From a virus (taxonomy: Duplodnaviria; Caudoviricetes): a stretch of 44,209 nucleotides of DNA. A program made the position numbers and the translations under genes. The notes beneath the pieces are model-generated. The model was given only the letters and a program-made list of their open reading frames with translations, had not been told where the DNA came from and made no database searches. This document shows positions 33,233 to 43,500 of the stretch, one piece after another. The stretch spans positions 1 through 44,209 of the IMG/VR virus record IMGVR_UViG_3300005662_000076; one strand, 5' to 3'. Each line of letters begins with the position of its first letter. Position 1 is the first letter of the stretch.

Positions 33233-33439
33233 TTATTTGATGTAAGTTGGTGGGTGATATTTCACATATTCAAAGAAAGTGAGTTTCATTTCCTTTTGAC
33301 TCATCCCACAATGCTTAGCTGCTTGTGGTAAATTCCACTTTGCGTGAAACAAGTTTTCATTTGCTTCCTTCACATTCTCTGGAGTTGTCTTGTTTGGTTC
33401 CTCTTTGAGGACCTTATAACTGATCTTATAAGGATTCAT
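33233..33439 (-). CDS. small putative HTH protein
   Basis: WNLPQAAKHCGMSQKEMK helix-turn-helix pattern. Confidence 0.65.
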   Translation of the reverse strand: MNPYKISYKVLKEEPNKTTPENVKEANENLFHAKWNLPQAAKHCGMSQKEMKLTFFEYVKYHPPTYIK

Positions 33440-33444
33440 AAAAC

Positions 33445-33627
33445 TCAGAGTGGGTTTGCGTAAGAAAGAACACTTTCATCAAGAGTAGCACGAACGAACT
33501 CTAGAACATTCATAAACTCATCCACGGTGTCGCAGACGACTTCTTTTTCTCCACCCTCATTTGAATAAAGATAAACAGTTCGCTTGATGGGATCAACAAC
33601 GCACCGTGAAAGGAATTCGTCTTGCAT
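33445..33627 (-). CDS. conserved hypothetical protein
   Basis: ORF track; first gene after promoter. Confidence 0.75.
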   Translation of the reverse strand: MQDEFLSRCVVDPIKRTVYLYSNEGGEKEVVCDTVDEFMNVLEFVRATLDESVLSYANPL

Positions 33628-33641
33628 TAGATGGTTTTGGA

Positions 33642-33845
33642 TTACTCCGTAATCATAGCATCCCCTTCCCCATCCGTCAAGGGTGATGAGGATTCCTTAT
33701 AACTTGAAATAATACTCATAAGTTTTTGAAATTCTTCAAAATCTTCAATGGATTTATTTAAGGTTACATTTGGATGATCTGGTGGAAAGTCATGAAGTAA
33801 TTCTAAATTTGGTTCTTGATGTTCGTATTCTAATTTTTCTTCCAT
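33642..33845 (-). CDS. acidic hypothetical protein
   Basis: ORF track; ATG 33845. Confidence 0.55.
   Translation of the reverse strand: MEEKLEYEHQEPNLELLHDFPPDHPNVTLNKSIEDFEEFQKLMSIISSYKESSSPLTDGEGDAMITE
33652..33680 (-). promoter_or_regulatory. sigma70-like promoter
   Basis: TTGACG-N17-TATGAT. Confidence 0.75.
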
Positions 33846-33847
33846 TA

Positions 33848-34522
33848 TTAATACCTCTCTAGATCTAACCACTGTGATGTATGTGGAATTGATTGTGAAA
33901 TTTGATAGTGTTTTGGTTTGAGTGTGATTTTAATATCACCTGCGATAACATAACGAGGGTCTATGTCATCTTGATTTAATTCAGTATCAACTTTTAATGG
34001 TGATGGAAATGCCAATAAACTACCTTCTACCGGTGATATCGCATACCCTAAACAATTATATTTGTTTAGATTTTTTATCATACCGCCATCATTGGAAAAA
34101 TTAAAGATCCCTTGTGAGAGTTCATTCTGGTAGTTTCCGGATTCAAAGCAAACTACATCTGATTTTTCTTCAGTAGTTTTTAGATAATATCTAAAAGATA
34201 TATCACTAGACTTGTGATTATGATGATCTGTCCATCCAGTGTTACAGTCATAAGACTCTACCCAAGAACGAACAACGTGTAAATTTAATACATTTGGATC
34301 AGCACCAAGAACAATCAAATAATTTTCTATGGAATTTTTAAGGGATTTAAAAAATTCCATATACTTAATATTCAAATGTAAGAAATAAAGATCTGGAAGA
34401 CTGTATTCTCTATTTCTTTCTTGTATTAATTTAATTTCTTCAAAATGATTTAATTTAAACTCTTCATGAGATTCAAATAAATCTTGCCCAATTGCAATGG
34501 GAAAAATTTCATGTACTTTCAT
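33848..34522 (-). CDS. TIGR02466-like putative 2OG-Fe(II) oxygenase, degenerate site
   Basis: IFPIAI, RSWV, HHNH, ISFRYYL, EGSLLAFPS, RYVIAGD. Confidence 0.7.
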   Translation of the reverse strand: MKVHEIFPIAIGQDLFESHEEFKLNHFEEIKLIQERNREYSLPDLYFLHLNIKYMEFFKSLKNSIENYLIVLGADPNVLNLHVVRSWVESYDCNTGWTDHHNHKSSDISFRYYLKTTEEKSDVVCFESGNYQNELSQGIFNFSNDGGMIKNLNKYNCLGYAISPVEGSLLAFPSPLKVDTELNQDDIDPRYVIAGDIKITLKPKHYQISQSIPHTSQWLDLERY

Positions 34523-34534
34523 TAGTTTTCTCTT

Positions 34535-35182
34535 TTAACCTCTAACATCATAATTATAACCTGAAATTGAATATTGTTGAGAACTTCCTGGATAAGATTC
34601 TGGAGTTTCTCCTTTATATTCTACTATCAATGGATCCCCATCTATGCGAGAAGCATTGATCAAATAATAACAGTCAATATTAGATCCATTACCAGACTTA
34701 ATATAAACCTTTTTACCCCACTCAATTTTGTCAACAATTAAATCTTGAGTATATCCAATTTGAGTGAGAGATATTGTGATACTTTCGGGATCAATTAGTC
34801 CATTCCAGTAATCAGGTAGACCAATTACATTTGAATTGGTTAATCTACCCCGAAAATATACACCACCCTCAGGACCTTCCAAACAAATATGTCTTAATCT
34901 GTGATTCGGTTTATTTGGATGTTTAATATCAAATCCTTTCCAAGATTGGACATTAATTGTTCCATTGAAAGTCCCTACGAAGTTTCCTGTTGCCGTTCCA
35001 TTAACTTGAATGTTATCTACTTGGAAATTTCCATAATAAAAAGGAGTACAAGCTTCTGCTGGGTATGGTAAATTTCCAGTCAATGCCTTTGCAATGTAGT
35101 CAAATCTAGGAGACTTAATACCTGGGGGTGGTTGATCGGGACAATTGTTTGGTGATACAAGTACTGTGGTGTTTAATTCCAT
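34535..35182 (-). CDS. baseplate/spike-associated protein, paralog 2
   Basis: KGFDIKHP...LRHICLEGPE...LPDYW domain. Confidence 0.7.
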   Translation of the reverse strand: MELNTTVLVSPNNCPDQPPPGIKSPRFDYIAKALTGNLPYPAEACTPFYYGNFQVDNIQVNGTATGNFVGTFNGTINVQSWKGFDIKHPNKPNHRLRHICLEGPEGGVYFRGRLTNSNVIGLPDYWNGLIDPESITISLTQIGYTQDLIVDKIEWGKKVYIKSGNGSNIDCYYLINASRIDGDPLIVEYKGETPESYPGSSQQYSISGYNYDVRG

Positions 35183-36000
35183 TAGTCTTTCTGGTGTTTG
35201 AGATCGTAATGATATCCCGAAATTGAATATTCATCATTGTTCCCTGGATAATCTGCTGGAGATGATCCAGGATACTCTGGAATTAATTGCTCACCATCTG
35301 CTCTTTCGGCAAAAATGTGGTAGAAACAATCAATTGGCATTCCACCTTTTGATTGTAAATGTACCTTATTTTCAGATATTCTCTTGACAATTACATCCTG
35401 GTGAGCACCAATGGGAGTTAAAGATACTGTAATTGATGTTGGATCTACGAAATTTGTCCAGTACTCCGGTAAATCAATTTCAGTTTTGTTTCTAACTCTT
35501 CCTCTCACGTAAACATCATTAGAAGGACCCTCTGGACAAGTATGCCTTAATCTCCAACCTTCTTTGGTTGGGTGGGGAATGTCAAAGTTTTTCTTTGCTG
35601 AAAGTCTATGCGCACCACAAAATGAAAGTACATCACCTTGAGCAACTATGTTTCCCCCCGCATTAATATTTCCACCTGCTACAATACCAGAATTTACATC
35701 AAGATCATTGAAAACAAAAGCATTTCCCCTAACACAAAGTGAATATGGAGAATGATTAAATACACCACAAGCAACAAGAACACCTGGAATAAATGGTGGT
35801 GGTGAATCTGAATTGGTCATTGGACCAACCATCAAAGATGCCTGAATTGTAGGAAAGGGAATCGGATTTCCAACAATCATAGGAGATTCTATGAATGCAG
35901 AACCTCTAATTTCTGTTGGACCAATTCCTAATGAAACTGGCAATCCAACACCACAAAAAATTCTTTTGCCAACTGCAATATCATCAAATTTAAAAGACAT
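35182..36000 (-). CDS. baseplate/spike-associated protein, paralog 1
   Basis: KNFDIPHP...LRHTCPEGPS...LPEYW domain. Confidence 0.7.
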   Translation of the reverse strand: MSFKFDDIAVGKRIFCGVGLPVSLGIGPTEIRGSAFIESPMIVGNPIPFPTIQASLMVGPMTNSDSPPPFIPGVLVACGVFNHSPYSLCVRGNAFVFNDLDVNSGIVAGGNINAGGNIVAQGDVLSFCGAHRLSAKKNFDIPHPTKEGWRLRHTCPEGPSNDVYVRGRVRNKTEIDLPEYWTNFVDPTSITVSLTPIGAHQDVIVKRISENKVHLQSKGGMPIDCFYHIFAERADGEQLIPEYPGSSPADYPGNNDEYSISGYHYDLKHQKD

Positions 36001-36581
36001 TATCCCAACCTCGTATTTTCTCTTATTTCAACTGTCGAAGGATATTTGGACTTTTTGAGTTTGGTTGCTCCTGTTGCACAATCTGCAAGACCAGCAAACA
36101 TTTCCAAAGTACCATCACCCACAACCTGAAGAACACCCGAGCAGAAGAATCTAGCAACAGCAGATCCATTCATCTCAATGTTTTTTGCCTTCACTTCAAA
36201 TTTTTCATCAGCTTCAAAACTGATTACTCCATTCTTATTATTTTTACCAAGAGCAATTGCTTGAATATTTTCTGCCTCCATCATAATTCTTCCCTTATGT
36301 GCTTTAAGGAAGATATCACCGCGAAGTGCTTCTATTACAATGCAATTCGTATCATCTCCAACATCATCACCCGATTTAATCTGGGTCACACCAGGTGAAC
36401 GAATTGTTGTCCACCCGGGTCTTTTTCCATCTGCGTCCAATTGAACATAATGAAGTTCATCATATCCACTTCTTACCACATAACATGATAAGACTTCATC
36501 ATCAGATATGTGACCTCTACGAGTTTCACTATCTTTGGTTCCATCTCTTACTGTATGATAATTTTTCTTCTTTTCCGCCAT
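36000..36581 (-). CDS. gp5-C-like beta-helix spike protein
   Basis: alternating beta-strand repeats (GDIFLKAHKGRIMMEAENIQ); directly after gp5; late promoter upstream. Confidence 0.55.
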   Translation of the reverse strand: MAEKKKNYHTVRDGTKDSETRRGHISDDEVLSCYVVRSGYDELHYVQLDADGKRPGWTTIRSPGVTQIKSGDDVGDDTNCIVIEALRGDIFLKAHKGRIMMEAENIQAIALGKNNKNGVISFEADEKFEVKAKNIEMNGSAVARFFCSGVLQVVGDGTLEMFAGLADCATGATKLKKSKYPSTVEIRENTRLG

Positions 36582-36603
36582 TAATCAAAAAGTCAATTTA
36601 TAA

Positions 36604-36610
36604 TATTTAT
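36604..36610 (-). promoter_or_regulatory. T4-type late promoter core
   Basis: ATAAATA 22 nt upstream of ATG 36581. Confidence 0.65.
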
Positions 36611-39090
36611 TAGGATTTTTGAGATAAAGATATCTTTCCAACACAGTCTACCACAGAAATTATTTTTGTTCCAGCTGCTGGTGGGGCGTCTGGGTCAACT
36701 TGTATAACTTTAAATACGGGAATTAATTCGGCATTATATCCACTATCACTATCAACAAATATTCTTGGTCTTGAATCAAATCCATTCGCAGTTTTTTCAA
36801 TATTAACACCAACCACTGCACCATTTCTTATAATAGGTTTAAGAACAGCACCTCTAGATGGTTCTATTACAATAGTATCATTCTCACCATAATTAAATCC
36901 GGGATCTTTAACGTAAACAGTTTCTAATTCCAGAACAACGGGATATGCTGTTTTTGACGGTAAATTTATTAATATTCCTCTTTCTGCTGGTGTAAGTTGA
37001 GGTATTCTATCCAATATTGCTTCTCTCTCTGGAAGAGAAAGTTGTGGAAAATTTTCCACCCCCGTAATTTCTAATAAAGTTTCTGCTGTAGGTGGACCAG
37101 GAGGTGCTGTAATTATAACTGGTTGAGTTATTGGGAATTCTACTCCAGAAGGAATAGTTACAGTATCGGTTACTACTGGAGATGGAACCTTAACAACATC
37201 TCCTGGATTTAATTCAATAATAGTTCCTGGATCTACTGGTGCGAAATAAGTTCCATCGGCACCTTTTTTATATGATTGATTTGGTTTTTTCCAAACTCTA
37301 CCAGTACCACCTTCAGATCCATCAGGTCCAATTAAGTAATCAGTTCCAGAATCAACAATAACAATATTTTCAATACTCTTTATTGTCTCTCCAGCACTAT
37401 TTGTTGAGGTGCTTTTACTCATAATGGGAACAGCTGCTGCTCCTGCCCCAGTTCCACATGAATCATTAATAGAAATAGTTGGATCACTTGTAAATCCACT
37501 TCCACCACTTACTAGATCAACACCAAGAACTTCTCCAGTCACTCCAACCACAACATTTCCTACAGCACCACTGCCACCAGATCCAAAAATGCTTAAAACT
37601 GGAGCACTACATTCAACAGGACCGATATTACATCCGCTTGAAATGGAAGAAAGGGCACTACCAGCACCACTAACTAAACCGCTAATATCAAGATTGTTTG
37701 GATTGAAAGCACCGGCAGCACTAGTTGCTGCTTGAGCTGCTGATTGCCCAATTGATTGTGCTTGATCAAAAACGGATTCAATACTGATTGGTCCACCACG
37801 ATTATCCCCAGCACCGTTCCACGTACTCCACTGATCTATTGTTGGACAAGACAATTCTTCCTCACAACTAAAAAGACCGAAAATCTTTTTGATGATTGAA
37901 AGAATCTGTCCAGCTAGATTGGCTGCTGCTCCGACAGTTTGTAGTAATGCGTTAACTGGTTGTAGAATGGAATTTATTAATCCAGAAATAAATCCACCAA
38001 CAGTCCCAACAATATTTGATGCTACACCCTCAGCTAAACAAATGGGCACATTGATTGCTTTATTGACCAAGTTTTTTAATTGATTTCCAACTAATGCTAG
38101 TAATCCTTGAATGATTTTGTTGATAGCACAAGAAAGAAGATCTAAAGTTTTATTCTGTGCTTCTTTTACTGCTGGTCTAAGATTTGGAAAAAATAAGAAA
38201 TATGAATTTTTAACAACATCATTAACTTTTTCTATGATTGATTTTCTAACTGCTTCTACTATATTTTTAATCTTTGAAGTTACAAATGTGATTGCATCAG
38301 TAACGGCATTTTCAATTCTTTTTTGTATCTTATCAATACGACCCGTTAACTGAGTGCTAAAATCTCCGCTCAGTTTTGTTAGGTTTTCAACTATCATAAT
38401 CAATTTTTCAATATCAGCAGAAATACCCTTTACATCATTTCTGCCACACCTCGTGGTTTTTGCCACAGGTGTTTGCATCTTACCATCTATCTTTTGTTGT
38501 TCTGATGCCAGATCCTTTTGTCCGGAAGTAGCACCTTGAGTGCTATCAATAGTTCCGGTTGTTGGTTTTTCAGTTTTTCCGGGTGGTTTAACTTGGACAG
38601 CTTTCTTTTTTTCGTTTGATGTTTGAATATTTGTGACTGGAACCTTATCATCAACAGTATATCCACTGAATGGTAAAAAACCAATCTTAGGAACCTTTTT
38701 CTCTAATGATGTTTGTTGATTATATCCAAGCACACCCATAATAACGGGTTGCTGAGCATCTTCACCATCAATAAAAAATCCAAATACAAATGATCCCTGA
38801 CGAAGTTGTGCTGATGTAGATGCTCCTGCTGATCCAGCGCCAGCAGTGACAGGATACATCACAGTTGCCCATGGCAGTTCATCATCAGATAAAGCATTTG
38901 GATTAAAGGTATGATACCCCACAATCCTTACTTTATATCTTTCACCGAATCCGGGAATGGCATCAGTAGATGCTACTCTTCTACCGTTAATATTATCCTG
39001 CCACTTAGTTTGGTCAACAACTTGACCAATCCACCAAACGAAACCGTCTCTTCCTACAAAGTGTTTTTGAAATAACTGTTCTTCAATCAT
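36610..39090 (-). CDS. gp5: baseplate hub subunit, T4 gp5-like (OB-fold N-terminus, no lysozyme motif seen)
   Basis: FVGRDGFVWWIGQVVD, RYKVRIVGYH, LPWA, VFGFFIDGEDAQQPVIMGVL. Confidence 0.85.
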   Translation of the reverse strand: MIEEQLFQKHFVGRDGFVWWIGQVVDQTKWQDNINGRRVASTDAIPGFGERYKVRIVGYHTFNPNALSDDELPWATVMYPVTAGAGSAGASTSAQLRQGSFVFGFFIDGEDAQQPVIMGVLGYNQQTSLEKKVPKIGFLPFSGYTVDDKVPVTNIQTSNEKKKAVQVKPPGKTEKPTTGTIDSTQGATSGQKDLASEQQKIDGKMQTPVAKTTRCGRNDVKGISADIEKLIMIVENLTKLSGDFSTQLTGRIDKIQKRIENAVTDAITFVTSKIKNIVEAVRKSIIEKVNDVVKNSYFLFFPNLRPAVKEAQNKTLDLLSCAINKIIQGLLALVGNQLKNLVNKAINVPICLAEGVASNIVGTVGGFISGLINSILQPVNALLQTVGAAANLAGQILSIIKKIFGLFSCEEELSCPTIDQWSTWNGAGDNRGGPISIESVFDQAQSIGQSAAQAATSAAGAFNPNNLDISGLVSGAGSALSSISSGCNIGPVECSAPVLSIFGSGGSGAVGNVVVGVTGEVLGVDLVSGGSGFTSDPTISINDSCGTGAGAAAVPIMSKSTSTNSAGETIKSIENIVIVDSGTDYLIGPDGSEGGTGRVWKKPNQSYKKGADGTYFAPVDPGTIIELNPGDVVKVPSPVVTDTVTIPSGVEFPITQPVIITAPPGPPTAETLLEITGVENFPQLSLPEREAILDRIPQLTPAERGILINLPSKTAYPVVLELETVYVKDPGFNYGENDTIVIEPSRGAVLKPIIRNGAVVGVNIEKTANGFDSRPRIFVDSDSGYNAELIPVFKVIQVDPDAPPAAGTKIISVVDCVGKISLSQKS

Positions 39091-39295
39091 CGTAGATTCT
39101 ACACTCTAATGCGTCTGGGTGTTCATCACAAAAAAGTTCAAAAGGTGTTGGATCGTGATTATCGTCAGGATGCTTTGCATGATATTTTTCAAGTTGTTCT
39201 AATTCTTCTTCCGCGTGTCTTCTAGACTGAGAAGATGCCATTGGATTTTCCACAATTCCTCTATCATAATCAATATGTTTTTGAATGTTTTCCAT
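39083..39295 (-). CDS. cp12: phage CP12 Calvin-cycle inhibitor
   Basis: C-terminal PTPFELFCDEHPDALECRIYDD; 70 aa; no N-terminal Cys pair. Confidence 0.9.
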   Translation of the reverse strand: MENIQKHIDYDRGIVENPMASSQSRRHAEEELEQLEKYHAKHPDDNHDPTPFELFCDEHPDALECRIYDD

Positions 39296-40591
39296 TTAAC
39301 TAACCTTACCTGAGAATGAGTCTCTTACGAGAGTAAGACTTGTAAAGCAATCGTTAGGAGTAATTCTATGGCATAAACTTGCTATCATATATTTTCCTTT
39401 AGTCTGTTTGTTTGGTTGTACATTTTCAATTTTTGCGAGGTCGGGAAAATCACATTCAATCATATCTCCAGCGTGAAGACTAAAATCTCCTGGAATAATA
39501 ATGTGAGTCTTAATGTTATATAGCTGATTATACCTCATAACTGATTGAACCATTGTTTTGGGAGCATCATAATTGGGATCAACTGGTTTTGCTTTCCAAT
39601 TTTTCAATTGCTCCTTCGCATCTTTTCCTGAAGGTAGTGTTCCCAAATCTAAAACGTGAGACATAAATCTTGTCGGAAGTTTGGTAAATTCCTTGTCAAC
39701 AAATAAAATATTATCCGCAGCAATTTCAATTTTAGGTTTTTGATCTTGTTCCAAAGAATATGTTCTTACTTGATAGTCCATCGCATAAAAATCAAAGAAA
39801 ATGCTACGATTGTGATACATTCCCAATGACATATTTTGTTGAAGATCTATATTTCGGTCAATTTTAACATTGATAATTTTTCCATCATATCCTTCTGGTG
39901 CTTTTACTGCGTTTGTGTAGATATATTTCTTTTTTGGTTCCTGTTTTATGAGAACATCAATAGATTTAAATTTGAAAGCCTCACTAGTTTCATACATGAA
40001 ATAACCAGCAGCACCATTAATTGCTCCGGCAGACATTGGAACTGCTTTTGATGCCAACCAAGTACAGACATAAAGAGGTTTCCTGTCGTTTCCTATAAAA
40101 TTGTAATTAACACCTGTCTTATCAATATCCAAAGTTTTTTTTACTTGTAGTCCTGTTGAATCTGTTAATATTTCTCTAACTGCTTCTGAAATATTCTGCT
40201 CAAATCTCTTAACAACTCTAGTCTGTTCATTTGCAATAAATTCTTTAGTGCAAAAATCCAACATGTAAACATCTTTTGAAGTGTTTGGTGATGAATTAGT
40301 TACACGATTCACATATAAATCCAAATCAAGTTTATTTGGAGTTGATTGATTATCTTCAATAATCAATTTTACAAACTCACCACCTCTAATAGGAAGTCCA
40401 TCCAAAACTCCAATCATTTCCTTCTTATCGGGTTCCAGACCACCCGATTCTGCCACTACAGCAGTTGCGGATAATGTATTAGATAAGACATTTTCATAAT
40501 ATTTAATTTCGGGAGAAATCTGACTGATGTCCTTTGATTTAACTTCAAACTTTCGTATATTACCCGACGATGCGGCTTCGTTATGTGCCAT
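39296..40591 (-). CDS. baseplate hub / tail protein (gp27-like)
   Basis: YYENVLS, LPIRGGE, YFMYET...FKFKSID, IPGDFSLHAGD, GKYMIASLCH, LTLVRDS; upstream of gp5. Confidence 0.7.
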   Translation of the reverse strand: MAHNEAASSGNIRKFEVKSKDISQISPEIKYYENVLSNTLSATAVVAESGGLEPDKKEMIGVLDGLPIRGGEFVKLIIEDNQSTPNKLDLDLYVNRVTNSSPNTSKDVYMLDFCTKEFIANEQTRVVKRFEQNISEAVREILTDSTGLQVKKTLDIDKTGVNYNFIGNDRKPLYVCTWLASKAVPMSAGAINGAAGYFMYETSEAFKFKSIDVLIKQEPKKKYIYTNAVKAPEGYDGKIINVKIDRNIDLQQNMSLGMYHNRSIFFDFYAMDYQVRTYSLEQDQKPKIEIAADNILFVDKEFTKLPTRFMSHVLDLGTLPSGKDAKEQLKNWKAKPVDPNYDAPKTMVQSVMRYNQLYNIKTHIIIPGDFSLHAGDMIECDFPDLAKIENVQPNKQTKGKYMIASLCHRITPNDCFTSLTLVRDSFSGKVS

Positions 40592-43500
40592 TATAGTTTA
40601 TACATTGAAGATGAGATAATTTGTCTTGAGACCATACCATAACTATTTACCAAGGAACCATCACCCGACATTCCAGCAGAAGCACCACTTCTAGCTTTAA
40701 CTCTAACTGGTGGCATTGAATTTCCTCCAGACCCCTGCATAATAATAAGTGATTGTCCAGATTTATTATATGATGGAGTCTGACTTATATCTTCAGTAAT
40801 AGATTTATTTACTGAAGGATCTCCAATTACCTCAATAAATTCTAGCTTCCGCTTTGGTTTTTCTAGAGGTGTTGATGATCCTGGAGAACTTGAAGAAGAT
40901 CCAGAATCTGATGCTGGTGAATCTGTTCCTGAAGGTGCTAGACCTGCACCTTTAAATTCAAAGTGTCCGCCATGACTTCCTGGATAATCATTAGCAATCC
41001 AACCATAGTTTCTACCATTTGCTCTAATCCAAGAATTAGAACCACCATGAATATCCATTGCAATTCCAGACATATGTAGTGATCTGCCAGCACCACCAAC
41101 TGCTCTATTCTTTTCTGGACTTCTTTTACTACTTGAAACATCAGATGCTCTAACTTTTCCACCAGAATCTTTCATCATTTTGGCGAAAGCTTCTGCTGCT
41201 CCTTTACTGAATACCACTGGTCTTCCTTGCTCATCTTTAGCACCTTGAATTGTAAATCCAGGTCCAGTATCCCAAATACCTTTCGTTGGAATAATTCCAT
41301 TTCCACCACCTCTACCACCTTTTCCAGCGGATGGATCACCAATAACCTCAATAAAGCTTTTAGCAAATTTTGGTTGTGAAGAACCTGGAGTTGAAGAACT
41401 AGATGCTATATCGGATGATGCTGATGAAGGATCTGGTTGAATAGATCCACCAAATGGAGATTCTTTATTATATCTTGATAATGGATTGAATCTAGAAAGA
41501 ACATTGTTCTTTGGCATTCCATTATCTCTTGGATTAGTCGCCGCTTCCCAGTGTAGATGAGGACCACTGGATTTACCAGTGTTTCCTAAAGGACCTAAAA
41601 TTGTTCCTTTCTTAACTTTCTGTCCAGCCTTGACAGATGCTTTTTTATCCATATGTCCATAAAAATGCCCAATCCCTTTATTATCAATCCAATTGACCCA
41701 GTTTCCATAACCACCATCATATCCTGTCGCTTCAACCACACCATCAGTAAATGCTTGCAGTGATTCTCCTCTAGTGCCAGCAATGTCAACACCCATATGC
41801 ATACCAGGAGACAATGCAAAGTTTCGTAGTCCCATACTAGAAGTCACTGTATGATTTCCACCCATCGCTAAAAATGGAATTATGTGGCGATTTATTCCAT
41901 TGCCACCACCTTTTTTGCCGTCATTGCCTGTAAGTTTTGACGCAATATCTCTTGGAATATTTCCACCCCCCTTAACCTTAGCAAGTGCAGATCTAATTTT
42001 TTCTGGGGTCATAGAACTTCTTTGACCTGGATAATAAAATTTACCCTGAGCGTTTGGTAATGATGCAAATTCTTGCGACAACCCCTGCATAAACCGCTCA
42101 TCACTCATTTCACCCTTCAACCATCTTCTACCACCTCTATTGCCTTCTATATTAACCTTAGTAATAATTAGATCTTGGTTTTTTGGACTATAAAGATCTT
42201 TATCTGGATTCAACCCAGCCGCTTTTGCTCTACTAAGCAAATATTGTGGTAATTGTTGATACTTTCCAACAGCACCAGTTGCTATTCTGGCAACTTCGGC
42301 AATGGTCATTTTAGTAGCACCTTTTAAAGTAGTGCTAGGATACATTGCTTCATAATTTCCACCAGATTCTTTACCAGCAATCAAATCAAGGAGTGGACCC
42401 CATTGCCCTTCAGATACTCCACCACTAGGGGCAGAAGTACCATCACCACCACCACCTTCAGGTCCACCCTTCTTCTCTTCTTCTTGCTTTTTCTTTTCTT
42501 GTAGTGATTTAAATTGATTTTCTTGGGACTTAACACTGATGAATATTTTTCTTTTTGCCCAAGTTGTTAAATTCTTACTGAATTCACCAATAATTCTCTT
42601 GTTAAATCCAGGAACCGAAAATTCTTCGTTCTTCAACGCCATACCAATTGAAGAACCAATAGATTCCGCAATCGCATCAGTTCTTGACTTAGAAACTCTT
42701 TCACCCAAGCTAATATCCAAACCAAGTCTCATTGCCTCACCGACAAATGGTATTGCTCCATATGCTGATGATAGATTTGCAAATCTCTTTGCACTTTCTT
42801 CATCTTTAAGAATAGTACCTTTTGCTCTGTTTAGTGTCTGTTGTGATAGTGCTGCTGTTGTAGTTGTTTTTCTTTGGACTGCCGAATTTGATCTTGGAAG
42901 ACTTCTGCTACTACCTCCTCTTACATTAATAGATCCACCAAATGCTCTTCTTTCAATTGGATTTTCTTTATCTGCTTCAGCAACTCTTCCTGTTAAATTC
43001 TCATATATTTTCTTTCCAGCCCATTCACCAATTCCAGCCCCAACAAATCCACCTACAGCAGCGCCGACAACGGGAATTGGAATTAAACCTTGACCTATTG
43101 CTCCACCAATTCCAGCACCTAATGATGCACCTATTGCGCCAACAATAGCGCGATCAAGTTTTTCTCCTAATGCTAAATCAATACCAATACCAATCAAAGC
43201 ACCAATTACGGGAACTCTTTTAAAAATTTTGGAGAATGATTTAAGTCTTTTTATAATTTTAGCGGCCGCGGGAGATTTTAAAGCACTACTAGCGGCACCT
43301 ACTGCTTTGCCTGCAAATTTAGCAGCACCTTTAGTGGTAGTTTTAACTCCTTGTTCTAATGCTTCACCACCAACTCTTTTAACTAAGGATGATAAAGGAC
43401 CTTTAATTAAATTAAAGATTACTCCACCCGCTTTCTTAAATAGATTACCTGCGATTCTTCCTGCCTTTAAAAGTAATTTTCCAATTAATTTTGCAGGAGG

